Source of the DNA: Gemmatimonadota bacterium
GTDB lineage: Bacteria > Gemmatimonadota > Gemmatimonadetes > Gemmatimonadales > GWC2-71-9
NCBI GenBank assembly: GCA_003223395.1
Contig: QHUZ01000036.1
Span: 627-64,626, forward strand
Reading direction: 5' to 3'
Length of the DNA stretch: 64,000 nt
The notes below the pieces were generated by a model, which saw only the letters and a program-made list of their open reading frames with translations, did no database searches and was not told the origin of the DNA. Below are positions 8,946-18,291 of the stretch, in pieces. Position 1 is the stretch's first letter; each line of letters starts with the position of its first letter. The position numbers and the translations under genes were made by a program.

Positions 8946-9218
8946 ATGCCGTACATCATTGCCGAGCCGTGCATCAACGTCAAAGACCGCTCCTGCGTGG
9001 ACGTCTGTCCGGTGGACTGCATCTACGAAGGGCCGGACATGCTGTACATCCATCCCGACGAGTGCATCGATTGCGGCGCCTGCGAGCCGGAGTGCCCGGT
9101 GACGGCGATCTTCCCCGAAGAGGACACTCCGCCGCAGTGGAAGGACTACATCGCGAAGAATCGCGACATCTTCCAGAGCGAGAACCCGCCCGGCAAGCCG
9201 CAGCGCAAAGGCTCCTAA
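8946..9218 (+). CDS. fdxA: ferredoxin (7Fe FdxA-type)
   Basis: Sequence [27 protein letters not shown]...[24 protein letters not shown] upstream. Confidence 0.9.
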   Translation: MPYIIAEPCINVKDRSCVDVCPVDCIYEGPDMLYIHPDECIDCGACEPECPVTAIFPEEDTPPQWKDYIAKNRDIFQSENPPGKPQRKGS

Positions 9219-9219
9219 C

Positions 9220-9966
9220 TCAGAGTTGAGCCAGGAAGGCGTTCACGGCGTCGTTCACCAGCTGCGGTTGTTCCAGCGGCGACAGGTGACCCGATCCCGG
9301 GATGACCGTGAACTGCGCACCCGGAATAGCGCGAGCCATTTCCTCCATTCCTTCCGCCGGCGCAATCTGATCGTCGTCGCCCGCAACCACCAGAATCGGA
9401 ATCCGAATTTGTCCAAGTAAGGGCGTCGAATCGGGGCGGTCTCGGAGCGCGCGCAGCGTGACGATCATTCCATACACCGGCTGTCGCTCGATCATTGTCG
9501 TCACCTCGCGCACCACCGCCGGTTGACGTTCGAGCGTGACCCGCGCGAGCAGCTTGGGCACAAGCTCCGCAGCGATCGCCCCGGGGCCCTCGCGTTCGGC
9601 TTTTGCGGCCATGATGTCGCGCGCGCGTTTTGCCTCCGGGGTGTCCGCAGTCGCTTTCGTGCTGCAGAGAATCGCTGCGCGCACGCGCGTCGGGAACGCG
9701 CGGAGCAACTCGAACGTGATGTAACCGCCCATCGATTGACCGCACACCACTACCTGGTCGACCTGCAGGTCATCGAGCATACGGACAAGACCGGTCGCCT
9801 GATCGGCGATCGAGTACGGACCAGCGCCAGCGGGAATATTCACCAGGCCCGCGCCCCAGACGTCCGGTACAACGCGTTCCCAGCGCGACAGCGCGGCGAT
9901 TTGGTGCCGCCACATCGCGCTGTCGAACGGGAACCCATGAATGAAGAGTACCGGGAGATCAATCAT
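9220..9966 (-). CDS. alpha/beta hydrolase
   Basis: Motifs HGFPFDSAMW and nucleophile elbow GQSMGG. Confidence 0.8.
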   Translation of the reverse strand: MIDLPVLFIHGFPFDSAMWRHQIAALSRWERVVPDVWGAGLVNIPAGAGPYSIADQATGLVRMLDDLQVDQVVVCGQSMGGYITFELLRAFPTRVRAAILCSTKATADTPEAKRARDIMAAKAEREGPGAIAAELVPKLLARVTLERQPAVVREVTTMIERQPVYGMIVTLRALRDRPDSTPLLGQIRIPILVVAGDDDQIAPAEGMEEMARAIPGAQFTVIPGSGHLSPLEQPQLVNDAVNAFLAQL

Positions 9967-10925
9967 GGCCAGGCAAAGGTATGCCAGAAAACGACTCGTT
10001 GAACGTTCGCGTCGGCACGTTGCAAAACGCTGAAGGCCTTTGCCCCATACGTCGGATCGAGACGCACGCCATGCTCGGCCGCTAACGCGCCGGCGCGCTC
10101 GCCCTCCTCGGTCGGATGACCATAACCCTTCCCCATCGCGTCCACCACGCGAATGCGGAGCGCGGAGCGCGGAACGCTGAACTCAATTCCTGCGCGACGG
10201 ATCAGCGCCGCTGTTTTGCGCGCGAGCCGCAACGTACGCCACCGATTGGCGACGATCCGCGGCGCGACACGTACCCCGACGACCGCGGTGGACCACCCGA
10301 GCCACGCGACACCGAGTGCGATGCCTGCGGCTGTTCCCCCGGTGCCCAACGGGACGACGATCGTGTCGGGCGGCGCATCGAGCTGCGTGCCCAGCTCGAG
10401 CGCGGCGAGGAACTGGCCGAGCACTGCGCGCGGGTCGGCGCCGCCACCGGGAATCCAATGCGGCGCTCCTCGCCCGAGGTGATGCGCCGCGCGCCACGCG
10501 CGCAGCACCGCCCACGGCAAAGTGAAGAGGGAGGATGCGGAGACGACCAGATTCGCCGTGGCCGCGGTGCACGCCGCGACGGCCCGACTCACGCCGGTGT
10601 CGGGCTGCGGAAATGTGGCGACGGCGGTGCGGTAGCCTTGAGTCTTTGCGGAACGCGCGGTCGCGAGGCAGTGACTCGACCCGGTGGCACCGACGGTCAC
10701 AAAAACCGACCGGGGCGGAACACCCGCGAGCAAAAACTCGAGACCGCGCACTTTGTTGCCGCCGGTCAGATCTTCACGTTTCAGCCACAGTGCCTGCAGT
10801 CCCAACGCGCGCGCGAGCGCCGGGTGCGCCTCGAGCGCCGCAGGCCAGGTCCCCAGACTGCACGGCGCGAACGCGGTGCGTATCTTTGTGGCCAACACTG
10901 CGGAGCGATTCATGCAAGTGACCAC
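9963..10925 (-). CDS. PLP-dependent enzyme, ACC deaminase / D-cysteine desulfhydrase family
   Basis: GGNKVRGLEFLL motif (PLP lysine) and fold-type II pattern. Start is GTG 10925 or ATG 10913. Confidence 0.75.
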   Translation of the reverse strand: MVTCMNRSAVLATKIRTAFAPCSLGTWPAALEAHPALARALGLQALWLKREDLTGGNKVRGLEFLLAGVPPRSVFVTVGATGSSHCLATARSAKTQGYRTAVATFPQPDTGVSRAVAACTAATANLVVSASSLFTLPWAVLRAWRAAHHLGRGAPHWIPGGGADPRAVLGQFLAALELGTQLDAPPDTIVVPLGTGGTAAGIALGVAWLGWSTAVVGVRVAPRIVANRWRTLRLARKTAALIRRAGIEFSVPRSALRIRVVDAMGKGYGHPTEEGERAGALAAEHGVRLDPTYGAKAFSVLQRADANVQRVVFWHTFAWP

Positions 10926-11082
10926 CGATTACATCCGTCATGCGGCGCGAGCCGCCCGCAAATGCGCGGGCGATCCGCTCGGCGGAGCCCCCCAGGCTCC
11001 CGATCCCGAATTCTACAAGACGTTAGCGAAGGCGCTGGAGCAAATCGCCGCCGGGATGGAGGCGCTAGGGAAGCAGGAGTGA
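10912..11082 (+). CDS. hypothetical small protein (56 aa)
   Basis: MQVTTDYIRHAARAARKCAGDPLGG...ALEQIAAGMEALGKQE. Mostly G/C at third codon positions. Its stop overlaps the rnd GTG (GTGA). Confidence 0.35.
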   Translation: MQVTTDYIRHAARAARKCAGDPLGGAPQAPDPEFYKTLAKALEQIAAGMEALGKQE

Positions 11083-12215
11083 AATACGTCGACACGCCGC
11101 AGGACCTGACGGCGTTCATCGCTGCCGTGCGCCGCGAGTCCGGGGGGCGGGTCGGCGTCGATACCGAAGCGGCGAGCTTCCATAGATACCGCGATCGCAT
11201 CTACCTGATGCAGGTCTCGAGCCCCACACAAACCGCGCTCATCGATCCGGTCGCCATCGCTGCCCCCGACCTCGGCCCGGTCGGGGTCTTACTCGCCGAC
11301 CCCCACCTCGAAAAAGTCTTCCACGACGCTGACTACGACCTCCGCGTGCTCGACCGGGACTACGGCTTTCACGCCGTCCGCCTGTTCGACACCCGGGTCG
11401 CGGCGCAGCTTGCCGGCGAGCCGGCGATTGGCCTGGCCGCACTGCTCGAGAAGTACGCCGGAGTGAAGCTCGATAAGCAACACCAGAAGGCGGACTGGTC
11501 GCTCAGGCCCCTGACCCCGCCGATGCTGGCGTACGCCGCCGCCGATACGCAGTACTTGTTGCCGCTGCGCGATGCCCTGGAGCAGCGGCTGCATGCGTTA
11601 GGGCGCCTCGGGTGGGCTCAAGAGGAGTTCAAGCAGCTCGAGGCGTTGCGCTGGACCGGCCCCGCGGCGGCCGGAGAAGAAGACACCTATTTGAGGCTAA
11701 AAGGCGCGAAGGGACTGGGCCCGCGCAGTCTGGCGGCGCTACAACTGTTGCATCGCTGGCGGGATAGTGTCGCTGAGCGGGAAGACAAGGCGCCGTTCCG
11801 AATCATCGGCAACGACTCGCTGGTCGCGGTCAGTCGCACGCTGCCCGCGAGCCGGGCCGATCTCTCCCACATCCGGGAGCTGCCCGGCTCGTTGGCGCGA
11901 CGTCATGGCCACGCGTTGCTCGACGCCGTGGCGCGCGCCAAGGCACTCAGCGACGGCGAGCTGCCTCGCCTCGAGCGCCGCCCGCGGCCGCACAAAGACG
12001 CCGGGTTCGATGCGCGTCTGGAGAAAGTCAAAGCCGTGCGCAACCGGGTGGCGTTGGAGTTAGGACTCGAGCCGGGCGTGTTGTGTGGCCGGACGACGCT
12101 GGAAGCGGTGGTGCGGGCCCGACCCGCGGACCGCGCCGCGCTCGAGCAGGTCGGGGAGCTGCGACGTTGGCAGATCGACGTGCTGGGCGACGCCTTGCTG
12201 GAAGCGCTGCGCTAG
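11079..12215 (+). CDS. rnd: ribonuclease D
   Basis: DEDD exonuclease motifs (GVDTEAASF, HDADYDLRVL, YAAADTQYL) plus a C-terminal HRDC-like region. The track ORF 10116..12215 is over-extended at the 5' end. Confidence 0.85.
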   Translation: MKYVDTPQDLTAFIAAVRRESGGRVGVDTEAASFHRYRDRIYLMQVSSPTQTALIDPVAIAAPDLGPVGVLLADPHLEKVFHDADYDLRVLDRDYGFHAVRLFDTRVAAQLAGEPAIGLAALLEKYAGVKLDKQHQKADWSLRPLTPPMLAYAAADTQYLLPLRDALEQRLHALGRLGWAQEEFKQLEALRWTGPAAAGEEDTYLRLKGAKGLGPRSLAALQLLHRWRDSVAEREDKAPFRIIGNDSLVAVSRTLPASRADLSHIRELPGSLARRHGHALLDAVARAKALSDGELPRLERRPRPHKDAGFDARLEKVKAVRNRVALELGLEPGVLCGRTTLEAVVRARPADRAALEQVGELRRWQIDVLGDALLEALR

Positions 12216-12508
12216 AACCCCATCATCGCGCGGATTTTCGGATCGATGCGCTCGGGGGTCCAGTACGGCTCCCACACGATATCGATGTCCACGTCCTTCA
12301 CGCCGTCGATGGCGCGAACGACTTTGTAGATGTCGTTCGTGATCATCGGCCCCGCCGGGCAGCCGGGCGAGGTCAACGTCATGTTGATGCGCACCAGACC
12401 GTCGTCCACTTCGACGTCGTAGACCAGGCCGAGGTCGACGATGTTCATGTCGAGCTCGGGATCCTTCACCTGGCGCAAAGCCTGTCGCACTGCTTCGGCA
12501 CTGAGCAC
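12212..12508 (-). CDS. Fe-S cluster assembly protein, DUF59/SufT family
   Basis: Sequence VKDPELDMNIVDLGLVYDV...TLTSPGCPAGP. Confidence 0.85.
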   Translation of the reverse strand: MLSAEAVRQALRQVKDPELDMNIVDLGLVYDVEVDDGLVRINMTLTSPGCPAGPMITNDIYKVVRAIDGVKDVDIDIVWEPYWTPERIDPKIRAMMGF

Positions 12509-12529
12509 TGCTCCCTCCTCCTGGCGAAC

Positions 12530-12928
12530 CTAGCGACCTGGAATACTCCGCACCAGACAGTGCCGCCGCATCGCAAGCTGGGCGTAGATCCGCCGGGCGA
12601 GTGGGAGCACACCGGGGATCCAAAACAGCGGCGCCAACCAGCGCTTACCAGAAAACAGCCGGAGCAGCTCCGGGATCGCATCCGCCCCTGGATATACTCG
12701 GCCGTCGGGTAGGACGAGATGCATGGCAGCAGCGAGAGCGGGGAGCGCGATTCCAAACCTGGCTACGGCGACTGCGTCCTGAAACGGGATATAGTGGAGA
12801 ACATGTTCCCGGTCCCAGCGCCGCAGCAGCGCCACCGCCTGCTGACAAATGCCACACTCGCCGTCGTAGATCAGCGTGGGGTGTTTCGGATTAGCGGCCA
12901 AGGGCGTCGATGGCGCGCGCTGCGGCAT
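12530..12928 (-). CDS. thiol-disulfide oxidoreductase DCC family (DUF393)
   Basis: LIYDGECGICQQAV motif. Confidence 0.8.
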   Translation of the reverse strand: MPQRAPSTPLAANPKHPTLIYDGECGICQQAVALLRRWDREHVLHYIPFQDAVAVARFGIALPALAAAMHLVLPDGRVYPGADAIPELLRLFSGKRWLAPLFWIPGVLPLARRIYAQLAMRRHCLVRSIPGR

Positions 12929-14129
12929 CGGCCACGCGCCCGCGGACTTCCTTCAGCTTGGTAAACGAGCCGCGTACTCTGGGGGCGTAGGCGCGGTTCG
13001 TGAGCAACAACACAAACAGGTCACGGTCGGGATCGATCCAAAGTGACGTCCCGGTCCAGCCGGTGTGTCCAAAGCTGTGCGGACCGAAGATCGTGCCGGC
13101 ACTCGACGTCTCCTCGCCGGTCGGCAGCGCCTCCCAGCCGAGGGTCCGCGCACTGACTCCACGGCGCGCGGGCACGGCAATCTGGGTGAACTGGTGAACC
13201 GTTTCCTTTTTTAGCAGCCGTGGGCGATCCGGTAGCGCGCCTTCATTCAACATGAATTGCGCAAAGCGGGCGAGCCCGCGTGCCGTGGCGAAGACGCCGG
13301 CGTTGCCAGAAACGCCGCCGAGCATTCCGGCACTTGGATCATTGACGACGCCGGCAATCGGATGCCCGCGCCAGAGGTTCGTCGGAGCGATCCGCGGCAC
13401 CAAACGCTTCGGCGGCCGGAACAGCATCTGCTGATCGAGGCCCAGGGGGGCGTAGATCGCGCGCGTCACGAATGCATCGAGGGTCTGACCGCTCACGTGC
13501 CGGACGATCTCCCCCAAGAGAATGGCGTTGAGATCGGAGTACACCATGCGCGTCCCGGGCGGCGCGACCGGCACCGTGGTCAGCACCATGCGCAACGCCG
13601 CCGCACTATCCGGCGCCTCGCGCAGCGGCAGCGTCGCGCGCAGACCCGACGTATGCGTCAGGAGATGCCGGACCGTGATGCCCGACGTGCCGGGACTCTT
13701 GAACTCGGCGAGGTAGTGAACCACCGGGCTATCGAGGGAGACTTTTCCCTGCTCGAGAAGCAACATGAGCGCGGGTGTCGTTGCCACGACTTTGGTCAGC
13801 GACGCGACATCCCAGAACGTGCTGTCGACGCTGACGGCCGGACTTGTCGGGCTCCATGTCAGGTGACCGTAGCCCTTGGCGAACAGGATCGTGTCGTGCC
13901 GGCCGACGACGAGCACCGCGCCCGGGTAGACGCCTTGCTGAATCCCACCCAGGACCGCGCTATCGAACGCGGGGGGAACAGCACCCTGCAGCAGCGTGAG
14001 AACGAGCGCTACGACCAAATGCCTGGTATCCGCCGGCTGCAGGAGGGACAGCGCCCGTCGGATCCGACGCGCTGCTGCTTGATGACGTAGCCGTAGCGTT
14101 CGATGAGCAGGTCCCCGCAATCGGGGCAA
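12891..14129 (-). CDS. serine hydrolase, beta-lactamase/transpeptidase-like
   Basis: SxxK motif ASLTKVVAT and class C-like body. The start is uncertain: ATG 14129 overlaps the upstream gene by 120 nt, and TTG 14018 is an alternative. Confidence 0.8.
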   Translation of the reverse strand: MPRLRGPAHRTLRLRHQAAARRIRRALSLLQPADTRHLVVALVLTLLQGAVPPAFDSAVLGGIQQGVYPGAVLVVGRHDTILFAKGYGHLTWSPTSPAVSVDSTFWDVASLTKVVATTPALMLLLEQGKVSLDSPVVHYLAEFKSPGTSGITVRHLLTHTSGLRATLPLREAPDSAAALRMVLTTVPVAPPGTRMVYSDLNAILLGEIVRHVSGQTLDAFVTRAIYAPLGLDQQMLFRPPKRLVPRIAPTNLWRGHPIAGVVNDPSAGMLGGVSGNAGVFATARGLARFAQFMLNEGALPDRPRLLKKETVHQFTQIAVPARRGVSARTLGWEALPTGEETSSAGTIFGPHSFGHTGWTGTSLWIDPDRDLFVLLLTNRAYAPRVRGSFTKLKEVRGRVADAAARAIDALGR

Positions 14130-15076
14130 TAGGTGTGCTCCCAGCGGCCGACGCGCCCCGGGAGATTTCCCGCGTAGACGAATCGCAGCCCCGCGCGCGC
14201 GCCGATTTCACAGGCGCGGAGCAATGTCGCGGCGGGCGTGTTTTCGGGGTCGGTCATCTTGTAATCCTTGTGGAACGCCGTGACGTGCCACGGAATCTCG
14301 GGCGACACCGACGCGATCAGCTCGGCTGCGCGCGTCAGCTGCGCATCATCGTCGTTGAAGCCGGGCACGATCAAGGTCACGATCTCGAGCCAGAAGCCCC
14401 GCTCGTGGACCATGCGGATGGCATCGACGACGTGCTGCAGGACGCCGCCCAGCTCGCGATAGCGTTTATCGTCCATCGCCTTCAGGTCGATCTTGTAGCA
14501 ATCGGTCCAGGGCCGGATGTAGTCCAGCACTTCGGGCGTGGCGTTGCCGTTCGAGATGAACGCGGTCTTCAGACCGGCGGGCCGGGCCGCCTTGAATACA
14601 TCGACCGCCCATTCGGCGGTGATCAGCGGCTCGTTGTACGACGAGCCCACCATGCGCGCCCCCTGCCGGCGGGCGAGGGCGACGAGCGCGTCGGGCGTGA
14701 CGTCGCTGGGCATGACGCCGGCGGCGTCGTCGCGCAGCGCCTGCGACGTGAGCCAGTTCTGGCAATAGCCGCAGTGAAAGTCGCAGCCGAGCATCCCGAA
14801 CGTCAGCGTGTCGCTGCCGGGGAGACAGTGAAAGAACGGTTTCTTCTCGGTGGGATCGCACTGCAGCGCGGCGACGTAGCCCGCGGGCGTGAAGAGCGTC
14901 CCTTCCTTATTGAATCGGACTTTGCAGATGCCGCGCCGGCCCGGCTTCACGAGACAGCGGTGGCCGCAGGCAAAGCAGCGGACCGCGCCGCCGTCCAGCT
15001 TTTCAATCAGCTCGGCTTCGCGAACACGGGTATCGAGCGTCTGCGCCAGCGATTGCGGAGGTGCGACGTGCTGCAA
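14009..15076 (-). CDS. AmmeMemoRadiSam-system-type radical SAM enzyme
   Basis: N-terminal VRCFACGHRC, DPTEKKPFFH, CX3CX2C motif GCDFHCGYCQNW, and a C-terminal YCPDCG...CPSC zinc-ribbon-like tail. TTG start. Confidence 0.8.
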   Translation of the reverse strand: MQHVAPPQSLAQTLDTRVREAELIEKLDGGAVRCFACGHRCLVKPGRRGICKVRFNKEGTLFTPAGYVAALQCDPTEKKPFFHCLPGSDTLTFGMLGCDFHCGYCQNWLTSQALRDDAAGVMPSDVTPDALVALARRQGARMVGSSYNEPLITAEWAVDVFKAARPAGLKTAFISNGNATPEVLDYIRPWTDCYKIDLKAMDDKRYRELGGVLQHVVDAIRMVHERGFWLEIVTLIVPGFNDDDAQLTRAAELIASVSPEIPWHVTAFHKDYKMTDPENTPAATLLRACEIGARAGLRFVYAGNLPGRVGRWEHTYCPDCGDLLIERYGYVIKQQRVGSDGRCPSCSRRIPGIWS

Positions 15077-15099
15077 AAACGAGGTGATGCCGCGAGGGC

Positions 15100-15930
15100 T
15101 CAGCGCAAATTCCCCGGCGTCAATTGATACAGCAGCATCACTGTCCGCACGTCACGGTCCGACAGGTCTCGGACCTTGGCGGTCGGGAACATGATGTCGG
15201 TCGAGTCCTTGGAGTGATCGAGCCCCAGCAGATGGCCGACTTCGTGCGTCGCGACGATGCGGATGTCGTCCGAGTCCATCGGCCGCCCCTTGGGATCGAA
15301 CGTGGCGAGCGTGATCGTCGCGCCTTGAATGTGCCCGTTCTCGTCCCAGGTGACGTCCGTTTGCCCCGTCCGCTCGATCTCGAACTGGATGCGCCACTTC
15401 ACCGTGACTTCCGCATTCGTCGAGTCGCCCTCGAAGTCGAACCGGACCGGGACACCAGCGTTGGTCCACAGGCCGAAGGCTCGCTTGATCGCCTCGATGA
15501 ATGCCGGCTGGAAGTTCGCGGCGTGCGTTGGGGCGAACCACACGTGGATCGGCGCGGTCGTGCGATTCTCCCAGCGGCGCAGCGTGGAGTCCCCGCCCGT
15601 CTCGAGCATCTCGCCCAGATAGGTGCTCGAACCGCTCGATCGGATGCGGCGCCGGGTCTCCGAGCGCGCCAGCAGCTCGATATAGGAGGGCTCCCGGCCG
15701 TTCGGACCGGCGGGGACGGTGGTGCCCTGGGAGGTCGTCGTCGGCGGGGTCGGTTGCGGGAGCGGGGACGGCGGTGCCGGCGGTGGCTCGGCGATGCGGA
15801 GCGGCGCGTCGGCATCGGGATCCCGCGCCGCGCTGCGACGGGGCGTGGGCTTAAACGCGTCCCAGACAATGAACAGGACGATCAGGACGACCGCGGCGGC
15901 GATCATGCCCGTGAGCCGACGTTCCACCAT
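15100..15930 (-). CDS. matrixin (M10) family zinc metalloprotease, membrane-anchored
   Basis: HEVGHLLGLDHS motif, N-terminal TM helix and a Pro-rich linker. Confidence 0.8.
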   Translation of the reverse strand: MVERRLTGMIAAAVVLIVLFIVWDAFKPTPRRSAARDPDADAPLRIAEPPPAPPSPLPQPTPPTTTSQGTTVPAGPNGREPSYIELLARSETRRRIRSSGSSTYLGEMLETGGDSTLRRWENRTTAPIHVWFAPTHAANFQPAFIEAIKRAFGLWTNAGVPVRFDFEGDSTNAEVTVKWRIQFEIERTGQTDVTWDENGHIQGATITLATFDPKGRPMDSDDIRIVATHEVGHLLGLDHSKDSTDIMFPTAKVRDLSDRDVRTVMLLYQLTPGNLR

Positions 15931-16020
15931 ACGCGCAATATGCGAAGATCCTAGGTCGCGCCGCTAGCTTTGCACTTCGCACGTCCCTATGATTGTGGCC
16001 CGCATGTGCTTGGATCGTAG

Positions 16021-18291
16021 GTGATCGCGCTACCCGCGAGGCAGCTCATCCGCTGGCGCGGGTGGGTCATCGGCGCGTGGGCGGTGCTCGCGCTCCTGTT
16101 CGTCCCGAAGGCCGCCCATGTGCAACGCGTGCTCGCCGTGCGCGGCATGAACGTCGAGCAAACGGAATCCGCTCGGGCTTCGCAGCTCATCCGCGAGTCG
16201 TTCCCCAATCCCATTGCGGAATACGTGGCGATCGTCGTCCACGGCCCCGTGCGCTACACGAACCCGCGATTCGCGGCCGTCCTCGATACCGTCTCGGCGG
16301 CGCTGGCGCAGCAGCCGTACATCAGTCAGGTCATCTCGGTCCGCAGCATCGGCGAGTCGACGTTTGTCAGCTCCGATCGTCGTACCACGTTTCTCATTGC
16401 CGCCCTCACGCCGGCCAGCACCAGCGACGTCGGCCGGACCGTGGTCCCCGAGCTGCGCGAGACCGTACAGGGCGCGCTCGCGCAACTGCCGAATGCGGAC
16501 GGGTTCGACGTGAAGGTCACGGGGAACCCGGCGCTCGATTACGACGTGCGCACGATCAGTGCCGCAGATACTCGGGATGCCGAGCGACGCGCGCTGCCGC
16601 TGACGCTCGCCGTGCTGGTGCTGGCGTTTGGTGCGCTGGTCGCCGCCACGCTGCCGATCATCGTCGGGGTGCTCGCGATCACGATCGCCCTCGGCATCGT
16701 CGCGGTCGCCGCGCAGTTCCAGACGATGTCCGTCTTCGTGCTCAACATCACCACGATGGTCGGTCTCGGCGTCGGGATCGACTACTCGCTGCTCATCGTC
16801 ACCCGCTTCCGAGAAGAGCTGAACCGCGGCCTGTCACCCGGCGATGCGGCGATCCGCACGATCCAAACCGCGGGCTCGGCGGTGGTGACCTCGGGACTGA
16901 CTGTCGTGGTCGGGTTCGCGGCGCTGATTCTGACGCCGCTCACCGAGACGCGCTCGGTGGGGGTCGGCGGGCTGATCGTCGTCGCGGTGGCGGTTCTGCT
17001 CGCGACGACGTTCTTGCCCGCGGCGCTCGCGATGCTCGGCCGCAACATCGACCGGCCCCGGTGGCTCGCGCGGATGCTCGCGTTCATTCATACGCCGCAA
17101 GGGTGGGAGCGCTGGGCGCGCTCGCTCGGGCACCATCCGTGGCGCGTCATACTCAGCGGCGGCCTCGTCGCTGCCCTGCTGACGTTTCCGCTGACGCAGA
17201 TCAAGATCGGGCTTCCCGCGCGCAACTGGTTTCCGCCGGATGCCGAATCGGGACAGGGGCTCGCGGCGCTGCGGGAGATGGGGGCGAGCGGCGTGATCCA
17301 GCCGCTCCGGGTCGTCGTACAACTCCCGTCCGGCGAGTCCGCGTTGTCGGGGCGCCGGCTCCCGGGACTCAAGGCGTTGAGCGACTCGATCGCGAAGGAC
17401 CCGCGCGTGCGCGAAGTGCGCGGCGTCGTGACGCTCCGGCCGGGCATGTCCACGCTGCAGCTGGCCATGTTTTACGGCGATCCGGAAGGGGTCCGCGAGC
17501 GCTATCCCGAATTCTTCAATGCATACCTGAGCGCCGATCGGCGAACGACGCTGATGGATGTGATCGCCACAGACTCGGTGTCGTTGACCGGGATGATGGA
17601 CCTGGCGCGTCACGTGCGCCAGACGATCACCCGGAGCACACGCCTGCGCGGCGTCGAGGTGGTCGTCGGAGGATTTGCCGCCTCGAGCCTGGACCTGCAG
17701 GAGAATCTGCTCGCCCGCTTCCCCGGCATCGTCGCGATGATCCTCGGCGTCACCGCGATCATGCTGTTGATCGCGTTCCGCTCGGTGCTCGTGCCACTGA
17801 AAGCGGTCGTCCTCAACTGCGTATCCGTCAGCGCGGCGTTCGGGATCACCGTCCTCGTGTTCCAGCACGGGTATGGAGCCAGCTTCTTTGGTCTCGAGGG
17901 ACCGACCGAAGCGATCTTCGTCGTCGTGCCGGTCCTCGTCTTCGCCACGGTGTTCGGGCTGTCCATGGATTATGAAGTGTTCTTGTTGACACGCGTGAAG
18001 GAGGTGTTCGACAGGACCGGGCGCAACGATCATGCGACCATGGAAGGTCTGTCCACGACGGCCTCAACGATCACCTTTGCGGCCCTGATCATGATCATCG
18101 TGTTCGGCAACTTCGCGTTCACGCGCGTGCTCGCCGTCCAGTTCATCGGGTTCGGGCTGGCGCTCGCCGTGCTGCTCGATGCCACGCTGATCCGCATGGT
18201 GCTCGTGCCCGCGATCATGCACATCGCGGGACGGTGGAATTGGTGGCCGGGGGTCCGAGCCCCCCGGCGCGATGTCGAAGAGGTTACGTAG
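16021..18291 (+). CDS. MMPL family (RND superfamily) transporter
   Basis: 756 aa with two 6-TM bundles containing GIDYSLLIVTRFREE and GLSMDYEVFLLTRVKE motifs. Confidence 0.85.
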   Translation: MIALPARQLIRWRGWVIGAWAVLALLFVPKAAHVQRVLAVRGMNVEQTESARASQLIRESFPNPIAEYVAIVVHGPVRYTNPRFAAVLDTVSAALAQQPYISQVISVRSIGESTFVSSDRRTTFLIAALTPASTSDVGRTVVPELRETVQGALAQLPNADGFDVKVTGNPALDYDVRTISAADTRDAERRALPLTLAVLVLAFGALVAATLPIIVGVLAITIALGIVAVAAQFQTMSVFVLNITTMVGLGVGIDYSLLIVTRFREELNRGLSPGDAAIRTIQTAGSAVVTSGLTVVVGFAALILTPLTETRSVGVGGLIVVAVAVLLATTFLPAALAMLGRNIDRPRWLARMLAFIHTPQGWERWARSLGHHPWRVILSGGLVAALLTFPLTQIKIGLPARNWFPPDAESGQGLAALREMGASGVIQPLRVVVQLPSGESALSGRRLPGLKALSDSIAKDPRVREVRGVVTLRPGMSTLQLAMFYGDPEGVRERYPEFFNAYLSADRRTTLMDVIATDSVSLTGMMDLARHVRQTITRSTRLRGVEVVVGGFAASSLDLQENLLARFPGIVAMILGVTAIMLLIAFRSVLVPLKAVVLNCVSVSAAFGITVLVFQHGYGASFFGLEGPTEAIFVVVPVLVFATVFGLSMDYEVFLLTRVKEVFDRTGRNDHATMEGLSTTASTITFAALIMIIVFGNFAFTRVLAVQFIGFGLALAVLLDATLIRMVLVPAIMHIAGRWNWWPGVRAPRRDVEEVT

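Noticed and set aside
10116-11078. 321-codon N-terminal extension of the RNase D ORF
   Set aside because: The extension is antisense to the PLP-enzyme gene and Arg-rich with no homology. The RNase D similarity begins at VKYVDTPQDL (GTG 11079).
16834-18033. 399-aa ORF antisense to the MMPL transporter gene
   Set aside because: It has Arg/Asp/His-rich low-complexity translation and no motifs, and it lies entirely inside a strongly supported gene on the other strand. This is a typical high-GC antisense artefact.
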